From assembly GCA_973851085.1 (NCBI GenBank), contig OZ316775.1, positions 3,534,001-3,598,000 on the forward strand: DNA of 64,000 nucleotides. Direction: 5' to 3'. Each line of letters starts with the position of its first letter. The stretch's first letter is position 1. A program made the position numbers and the translations under genes. Source of the DNA: Ptychomitrium polyphyllum (lineage: Eukaryota). The notes beneath the pieces are model-generated. The model made no database searches. It was not told the origin of the DNA and saw nothing but the letters and a program-made list of their open reading frames with translations. Of this stretch, positions 54,601 to 64,000 are shown piece after piece.

Positions 54601-57600
54601 TTTTCATTTGTTTCATTTGGAAAAAAATGTGCACAATATTAAGGAACAAATATCAAGTTCTTGCATGCTTAATGTGTCCAATTGTTGGAATGGGTGGCTA
54701 TGCAATGGAAATTAGGAGGTGCTTAAGGGAAATTCAAGTAGTACTATACCAGTTTAACAGTATCACAATTTTTCCTTCTTATTGAATATGGTAGGAAAGT
54801 GGGAGGAATGTTTATGCCAAGGTGGATTGAGTAGGGAGTGGCAGAAATACAAAGATTTAAGGAGAACAGGTATGTGAAAAATGGATGGCATGGCTGAATT
54901 CAAGAATGTATGTCTATTTTTGTCAAGTTGCTTGTCTCTTTAAGTTTGCTGGATTTTCTTTGAAGCAACAAGTTGCACTTCTTTATTTACAGAGTAGTGA
55001 TGTGTACAACAATAAACCAATCTATGGAGGATGTTGAATATGTAATTGATTGTGAAATGAATGGGCAAATTCAGTTTGATTTTGCTAAGAAAAGTGCCTG
55101 CAGAATGTGACACTACAAAGTTTTCAGTGTGACTTCATCAGCACGTATGATGACAAGATTCACAGTTTGGAATTCCCCATCATTCTAATATTAGTCTCCA
55201 GGAAAGTTTTGTTATCACCTTCTCCTGATTGCTTGACAGGGTCTGCAAACATGTAAACTATAATTGGTTGGAAGAATGCGAGCACAAGTGTTTCTCATGC
55301 TCTGCTTGAACTATAGAGATCATTGTTGGTTTCTTTCATGCCTCAAACCAGTGACAAGCTTGATCCCCATATACAGCAAGACTACAGCGTTTACTCAATG
55401 GGCAGATTGCAGGTGTTTCAATTCTTTTTTAGCTGGATGTATAATAAGCTGGCGTAAATCCTCTTACCAAGAGATGGAAATCTTCACCTTATGGTAAGAC
55501 TGGATCCTTACAAATGAAAGTTGATGAAAGTGCAAAGAGCTCCAAGATTTTGATGGCTATCACCCTAGTACTTAACCTAAAGCCTCTAGACATTACCATT
55601 GTCAACACTACAGGCAGGGAGGTGTATTGCACTGAGCTTGTGTTTTTGTCACATACAAAGGAATCTAGAGACTTCATTATTGAATAAATAAAAGAATTGC
55701 ATTTCATCCTTAAATCTAAAGGCTTATTAGAATCCAACATAATGATGTTAGGATTTCTTATAATCAATTGTAGATGTTTTTATGATTTTCCTACAAGAAG
55801 TCAAAATGTATAAACAATTTTACTTCTATATCAAAAGATACAGAGTGAAGGATTGAAAAATTTAGTTGAATGTAATAGGGAATACATACAAAAATTGAAA
55901 CAAAAACAATAACCATCCCCAACTAGTAGCACAACTATGTCAAACATGAAGTACTGGAGAACAAGAAGTTGGATGGAAGGTGACAGTTAGTTTCTATAAT
56001 ACCCATAAAACAAATATAATTTTAGGGGTCCAAATGGACTGCCTCTTATTCAATCTTATATATTTCTTAAACCAAATACAATCTACAAATTATTAATGAT
56101 TCCATACACGTTTGGCTCAAATGACCTCAATTTTCCTTCATTCAAAAAAACTACATCTGCTTATCACTAAAGTCGGTTGATAAAGTTTTTTCAGGAGTTA
56201 AGGAGAATGCAGGCATGGTGACAGATACATGATTCAGCAACTGAAGTTCAAACTGGGGTTGAACAAGCCATGTCTACTCCCAGTGGTCAGCTTTGTACAC
56301 TCAAGCTTAACCTTGTTCACTATTTACTTTGTTAGTATGATGCTCATCTGCTAGATGTGCTGTGCAATGGTTTTATATGTCGTATCTTCCAGATGTCAAT
56401 GTACTGCAGCTCAAAAGTAGGTTTGTTTCTGGATTCTGATATTAAAAGTGAGTATTGAAATTAGGAATTATAGTTGTGCAGGTCAAGCTGGTGGGAGGCA
56501 AATTTGTAGGGACCATGGCACACAGTCATTGATCATATGTAGCTCATTTTCTACTATAAATTAATGTCCTCAGTTCTCAAGCAATCTCAATGCATTTCTG
56601 ATCAGCTAGAGTGCTGAACCAATGCACCTGACGACTGGACCTAAAAAGTGTTTAATTGCATAGCACAGATCCAGTACAAGTGGTATGCATGATGAATAAG
56701 TACAAGTGGAGTGATGAATATATGGATAAGTCCAATAAAGTCACCATTTCTGTCAACAAGTATGAAAGCAATCTGGTGTACAAGATTGTAGAAATTTCAC
56801 CCAACCACTAATTTGAAGATCCAAAATTGTTTCAATTCACTATTTGCAAGGGAATTAAACAAATCAGTGAAGACAGGAAGACCCATACAGACAAGGACCT
56901 CACTATTGCAAACTGGATAGAATTTGACATGAGCTGCAAAAGTCAGATTCACTTCTACAGTAGGCAGTTGTTATCAGGTTTTGCATTTTCAGATTTAAAC
57001 AGAGAGATCTAAGTTAAATTAGCACAATAGCTGATTAACAATGGTGTCATATCCATATCTGATCGTGGAGTTGAAACCCCATGCATACTATAATTCATCA
57101 AATTAAATTTTTTATATAACTTTAGAACTTTCAACAAGTCATTTTAAAAAGGTTGATGTTTGAAAATTCCTCAAAGTGTTCTAAGGTATTTCCAACAGAT
57201 TCTACATAGATCCATTATGTGTTTAATGCTCTGTAGCCTATTTCTGAGACTCCATGGAACATTCAAAATTTCAAACAGAGTATGTATGGCTCTTTAAAAA
57301 TTTCCAAAATACTGAACATTGTGTTAATAGTAAATTGTCTAAATGGACTCAGGATGAGAATCAAGTGCTTCAAATTTCAATATGATGAGTTCCTTGCAAT
57401 AGTAGTACTTTAGGTGTGCTTTTTAGTCCTGTGAGTTGATAATAAGTTACATAAAATCTGGCTTGATTGTGTTGGGTTGTGTTCCAATACATGCTTCTGG
57501 ACACCAGTGCAATTCAAATTGTGGCAGGTGCATTATAAAAGCTCTGGAGTCGCTCAGCTCAGTTGCCCAACAAAGGTTTGACAAGTAAAGCTTTCTGCAT

Positions 57601-59513
57601 AAATGTTGTTCAAACAACTTTGTTGCATTTAAAATTTGTCAGAGAAGGTGTGTAAAGAAGCATTACGTATTGAATGACATATCAAAAACAGTTTTACATA
57701 CAATAGTGCTGATTTCTTATCATGTAATTTCCAAATGGCAGGATCTTCTTTGACGAGGAATGGTAGTCATTTTTAAAAAAACATGCAATATTCTTGAGTG
57801 ATCCCTTTAAACACTCCATTCACAAAGGAATCATTCCATCATTTAAAGGTTTTATTTCATTACCAAAACCTTATGTTACAAAAGGTTGAAGGAGTTTAGA
57901 TGTCAAATTACCAAACTACAATCATATCTTCAACCATTGACTACTTCATGCCCTCACTATTATTCATTATTGGTTTCCAATGTGAAGTTATGGCATTTCA
58001 ACTTCTGAAGAATGTCATACATGGTACTAATCCATCCATATTTGTATTTCTTAAGACTTATCATTATGCACATTTCTTGTAGAAAGTTCTTGGTTTTAGA
58101 ACCTAGAGGCTTAAGGTTTGTAAGTGGTCAAAAAATCTAACATCAATAGCTTGTTTAGAAGGAATCCAAGTTTCAAAGTAGATTTCCACATGCCCTTTGA
58201 ATGGATAGTGGTGATCTACCTAAAATAATAATAAACAAGCCATTACATTGTAGATGAGATGATATTTAATGCAAGTTTTCAAACAATTGTAAAAGGAAAA
58301 AAGTAAAAAAATAAAAACAAACAATAAAAAGGTAAAGATAAATTTTCTAATATAAGTGTGGATGGACATACAAACAATTGGACAAATAAGACCAATTTAA
58401 AAGATTTGTTTTTGGACAAATAAGACCAAATTATAAGGTTTATTTTGTATTACATACCAAATCTTGAAAGTGATATTGTAAAACATTGATTTAAATGTGT
58501 CAAAAATGTGGAAAAGATCTTAAGAGCCATCAAGATAAACATGCCTGTTACCACCTCCTTTTCATATTTATTCAACTATGAAAAGACTAATAACCACCAA
58601 ACTCATATTCAATAATCACCACAAATAAATTAGGGTGTCACATAGATGAGAGACTTGCAATGATGGGGTGAAATTGGAAATGGCCTCTTAAAATGGTGAT
58701 CAGGGAGAGGGAGGTGAATTTTATATTTAAAAATAAATAAATTCATAATATTTTTTGAATGGAATTTATATACTTGAACATATATGTAGTGATGATTATT
58801 AGTTATTATATGGATGGTAAGTGAGGAGACTTACTAGTATTATATGGTCTTTTACAGAAACACCCTCTGAACTTTCATAACCAATTCAATCTTAATTAAA
58901 AGGTTCAACTTGAAGTGATTTCTATTCATTAAAAGTAATGTTGCTTTTGTATAATACTCTTAAAAGGTCACATCCTTTAAGGTGATGGGTATACGCCTGC
59001 TTACCTTAACAGAAATGCTCACTCACAGAGTTAATTGCCTCAACTTCTGAGATTTGTGTACCATGGTATACATTCCATGGCCAGTGTGACTGTGACACTT
59101 AGAAAAAATGCTCAGTGAGTCTGAACATTATTTATCAACGAATTACAAGAGGCTGGGCTGTAAAAGTATCACAGTAGAGAAGAGTGCCAATTGCTCACCC
59201 CGTCCAAGCAAAGTGAGAAACAATATGGAAAATGTGAACACTTGACTGACATAGGTTCACAGTTCATGTACTGTTCAGTCTCATGCAAGAAGTAAGGTCA
59301 TGTGCCACACAATTTTGCAATCCACCAGAACTCAGCTGACGTAATTGCCAACAACAACTACCCTCCATTGTCAAGCAGTTCATGGAATCCATGTATTGTA
59401 CATCCACAGGAGATTCATTTTGAAACAGGTATTGCTCGAATTAAATGAGTCTTACTGTGTGATGAAAACTAGCAGCACTTACAAAAAAATATAAAAAATA
59501 TAAAATATAAAAT

Positions 59514-59590
59514 TATATATATATATATATATATATAGTATAGTATAGTATAGTATAGTATAGTATAGTATAGTATAGTATAGTGTAGTA
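59514..59590. repeat. Compound (AT)n/(TAGTA)n microsatellite
   Basis: AT run followed by about 10-11 TAGTA units. Confidence 0.95.
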
Positions 59591-61448
59591 GCCCACCTTC
59601 TTCCTCTGCACTCCCATTGTGAACAATTTGTGACAAATTTCTAAGAGAACTTCTCGACCATCTGTATTGTTATTGCACTGTCTGGATCACTGCAACATTG
59701 TATGGGAGATTTTGCTCTACAAAATGCCAAATGGCAAGGGGAATTCAAAATATTTCAACATGAACCGCAGCAGTAGTGCTAGAAGTTTTTTGCACACAAT
59801 CTGTAAATTGAGGTCTCCACATCCAAACACTACCATTTGCAAAAGAATTATTGTCTCCAATCTCAAGTGGTGCGCTGTCTGCAATGCATGGCAGGCAAAC
59901 CTATATTTTCCATGAGTTGTATAAGGATAAAGGTAGTTTATACTAATTTTGTTACTTCCAGCTAGTTAGCATATGCGAGACAATGATCTTCATTTAGTAC
60001 AAATTGTACAAATTGCAGTAAATAAATCTTATTGTTTGAAAACCAATTTTTTTCTAAACACAATTTTTTACGCATCATACGGATTTCTAAAAAAAATTGA
60101 ACTTCAAAGTTCTTGGTAGCTTTAGAAGTTAGTAAATTGACCCCTTTCAAATTTCATATTACATTAATTGTTGCAACATGAAAATGTGCTATTTGTACAG
60201 ATATTAAATTACTTTATACTGATTCTACTAACCCAGGTATCTGGACATGTCATGGACATAGGTAACTGTGTGTAGGGACTGAAACGAATGCTCCTACCTT
60301 AATGCAACTTAAAATTCCTCACATAGTACGGGAGAATACACTCTGTGTGCTTCTGTTGCAGACAAAATAATACTTGGCAAATGGCTGTCAATCAAGATGT
60401 TACCCATTTCCGAACACTAAGCTACTGATCTCAGAGTGTTTTGCTTCTGCACTCAGTACCTTATCATCCCAAACAACTAGACTAAAGTATGTTATAAGAA
60501 ACAGGATGAGAAGCACATTCAGTACAGTACGGCCACCATTAACAATATATGTATAACGTAAGAGAGGGCTCACTGTCCACAGACTATGATGGAGTCCAAA
60601 CAAGCAAACTGGATTGTTATCTAAAATTTCCCAAACTGTACTGTACATATGGTGTACATGGATGTGAATGCACAGAGTCCCTACTTTCAAAATTGCTTCA
60701 TATGCAAGATTTTTTCTCATGAATTGAGCCACATGTCACATGTCACAGAGGACACAAGGAGTATGTAACAGTCTTCCAAAATTGAAGTAAATCACCTCAC
60801 CTTCAAAACATCAAATGATAGGGAAGACACGTGGGAGTGAATGCATGAAGATATGGATATTGTTTGGTGATTAGGCACACAAATTTCCTTAATCTTCAAT
60901 AGAATTGTAGTTTTGATAATGGAATGATACATTTCAATAATGAAATTTTCCTTTCTAAAGATAATGTTTTAAAATGTTATTAAAGAATATTATGCCTTGG
61001 TCAATTGAACCAGAATTTCAATAAGTTATTAAAGTGTATCATGTCATTCTTTAATCACATGATTGTGCATCACTTTTGCATTGAATAATCTTGCTATGTA
61101 CTTTACTATAAACTATGTTGTGGGAGTTGAATTCAAAAAAACACAAATATTAATACTAAACCTACAAAGCAATTGCAAAAAGTAATAAAATGACTCCTTT
61201 GGTGTTTATAATCTATAGTTTTTTAATAAATGCAAAGCATGGAATAAACTTCCAAATAGAGTTGAATTTTTTGTCTGTCTTTATTTTCTTGGCATAATTA
61301 TATCATAGTTGAATTTTTTTAACATACGTATTATAATATCATATATGTATGTATTGTAATATAATGTATAGCTTATTCAATTTAATACTAATATCCTCAA
61401 GAAGGGTGATTTATTAAAAAGGATTTATATGTATAATACATAAATTTT

Positions 61449-61492
61449 CAGTAACTATCAAAAAATATATCCAGTAACTATCAAAAAATATA
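61449..61492. repeat. Tandem duplication, about 23-bp unit x2
   Basis: cagtaactatcaaaaaatata occurs twice. Confidence 0.85.
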
Positions 61493-62584
61493 CATAGTAA
61501 GAAATGGATAAAATAGATGTGATAATGGTGCTAAAATTGGATGTAAATAAACTAAAAGAAAGGTAAATTCACAAATAGATTTTTTGAAGAAATTTATGTG
61601 GTGGTCATGGACTTGCTTCATGGTGGTAACTTATTGAATTTTGAGTAATTGTGTATATATAAATTGTTGGTTACTAGTTATTTTTTGTGTGGTTAATGAA
61701 TCAAAGGTTTTTGGATGTTTACAAGAAGACCATTGTAAATAATTTAGTTTTAATCAAACATTTAACTCTAACCTATAATGTCTAAGAAAATAAAATATAA
61801 GAGGATTTTCATATAATCTTTGAAAAGGTGAAATTATTAGCTTTGTACATATAAACTTATATACTTTAAAAAATACAATATAGTTGTTAAGAATTGCATG
61901 CATAGTATAGTATTTAAATAATTAATAGAATTTTAAAAGTGACCATAAAAAATATGATACAAAGTATAATTGTCACAATATTTTTTTTGAATATTTAGAT
62001 AGCACTAGATAATTATTTTACCTAAATATTATATATCAATAAACAATCTTGTATCATTCTTGATTTAATGTGTAATATTTACTTGCTTAAAAAAATTGAT
62101 GCATGCATAAAGATCTAAGTTCTTATGAAGTGCATAATCTTCTTTCTAAATTTCAAATCATTACAATGTGTTGAATATATAAAATAATTACAATGGATTC
62201 ATATTATTTAAGTGTTTTATATAGATTATAATTATTTCAATACACCTTATTTTTTTCAAACATAAAATTTATAATAAAAATTAATATCTCATTTCTAATA
62301 GATTTTAAATTTTTGTATCCAATGAATCCATATGATTATATCTTTTATCTCAATGGCAATTTGCTAAATGATAGGAATTGCTTCTTATATATATAAATAG
62401 CATTTTTTAACAAATTTTTTATAATAAAAAATCAAAGACTTTATAAAAATTATCTAGTTCCTTAAATTTATGAGATTGAGAATTTCCAAAGATAATTTAT
62501 AAATTGATTCACAGTTTATTTTACTAAAGGTTCAATGTAAGCTACAGTTCGAGATTTATGTTGTGATTTTTTTAATATAATCAT

Positions 62585-62639
62585 TGTTAAAATTTCTGAG
62601 TTATATGTTAAAATCTCTGAATTATATGTTAAAATTTCT
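62585..62639. repeat. 21-bp tandem repeat x2.6
   Basis: tgttaaaatttctgagttata tgttaaaatctctgaattata tgttaaaatttct. Confidence 0.85.
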
Positions 62640-63617
62640 TTTGATATTTTAATTACAAATACATTTTGTATGTTTTTTAATTAAGTTTGATTATGATTGA
62701 TTAAAATGATAACGTATTTGATGAAATTTTGATAATAATTTATGTGATTAAAATAAAATATTGTTTCCTAACCATGAAATTAACTTAATAAAAGCTATTA
62801 TGATACTTTTCAAAAATCCGTATTTGTTTTGTTTCTAAATGCATGCTATGAAATTTGTAAACAATCAATTGAAGAATCAATAAAATAAATAATACATATG
62901 ATTATATGCAACTAAAAAAGGAACATGATTACAAATGTGATCCAAAAATTATTGATGTTATGACTTGAAGAAAATAAACATAAATAGGATGATTTTTTTT
63001 CTTCAATTTTGACAAAAAAAACATCTACCATATTAATATTCATCGTTATAAATGTAATATATGACATTTCTTAAAATTTGTTGAGTCTTTTTAAGAGGAT
63101 GGCATTTAAAGCAGAACAATTAGAAAAGTAAGAAAAGTTAAAATTAAAGTAAGTTTATAAACACGAACCAAAATATAAGGTTTTTTCAAACCGGATTATA
63201 AGGATTCTTTTTATATTTTGTACATAAGCTTAAAAGTGGAAAACAAGAGATGGATGTAATTTGATAAGGTTGAGATGATTTAGCAATGACATAAAAACAT
63301 ATGTAAGTGATTCCATAACATTTTTAATCAAACAAGAATAACTCATGTATTCATCAAACATGTGCTAAACATGGGAAGAGGATTTTAATCCTGGGATGCT
63401 ATAGGAAGTACATTAATTGATAAGTCTTCGCTACAATGTACCAAATTTTCTAGTGAACATAATTTTCTTATTTAAACGTAGGTCGAAGAAAATTAGTATG
63501 GTGCACAGTTAAGGGGGTCCAAGATTGGTTGAGCTAGCTCCAAGTGGCTCGTCATCTTCCCAACAGGTGTCCTTTGAAGGCTGACGATCCCTATCGCCTG
63601 AAGTCCAGTCACAATCC

Positions 63618-63661
63618 TCGTTCCCAAAATGGTCGTCGTTCCCAAAATGGTCGTCGTTCCC
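63618..63661. repeat. Perfect 18-bp tandem repeat x2.4 inside a GC-rich island
   Basis: tcgttcccaaaatggtcg tcgttcccaaaatggtcg tcgttccc. Confidence 0.9.
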
Positions 63662-64000
63662 GGCCTTAGGGCCCATGGATACCCAGGATGTAGAGCCCTT
63701 GGATTTGCCGAAAGGAAATCGAGAGGCCGAGGATGGTGGAGCTTCAGTCCTCATTGCTTGAAGACAGAGGGACATACTGTCAAGTGAAAACCATTATAAA
63801 GGACATTGAATGAACTGTATGGCGTTAAGTGAAAGCTAAATGTATATGTTGAGGTGTAAATTGTTGAAGATTAATTGTCAACATCAACTATAGCATAACT
63901 TCAATTGTTTTGTAACATAAAATATTTTCACCCTTTCTATATTGTAGTCAAGATTACACAATCCACATCTATAACTTCATAGTTCTATGTAGACTCCATG

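Noticed and set aside
54678..54698. PIVGMGG, resembling the NB-ARC P-loop lead-in
   Set aside because: The essential GKT is absent and no kinase-2 or GLPL motif follows.
1..64000. CRISPR arrays, tRNA/rRNA genes, intact LTR, LINE or DNA-transposon ORFs
   Set aside because: The tandem repeats have no unique spacers, and I recognised no RNA-gene signatures or RT, integrase or transposase motifs. Heavily decayed TE sequence is likely but cannot be named by eye.

Overview
Eukaryotic, gene-poor and very AT-rich plant DNA, most consistent with a moss (Physcomitrium/Funariaceae-like; this is inference from the protein sequences, intron style and composition). Two intact genes are supported: a single-exon Rho/ROP GDP-dissociation inhibitor (13945-14700, +) and a three-exon 2-oxoglutarate/Fe(II) dioxygenase of the DOXC/gibberellin-oxidase-like type (26746-25358, -). 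The rest is CpG-depleted AT-rich sequence interrupted by 0.3-1.6 kb GC-richer islands that look like decayed gene relics. The clearest island (about 49.27-50.9 kb, -), which the ORF track misses, holds a nonsense-disrupted small 'NATYxEY'-motif gene followed by an intron-free, frameshifted CCS52/FZR (Cdh1, APC/C activator) WD40 fragment. Microsatellites, short tandem duplications, a diverged 85-bp inverted pair and a perfect 16-bp inverted repeat are also present. I found no rRNA, tRNA, CRISPR array or intact transposon. I did not find a convincing new multi-gene system; the best leads are the chimeric pseudogene island, the GA-oxidase-like enzyme and the intronless RopGDI. All alignments and translations outside the supplied ORF track were done by eye.
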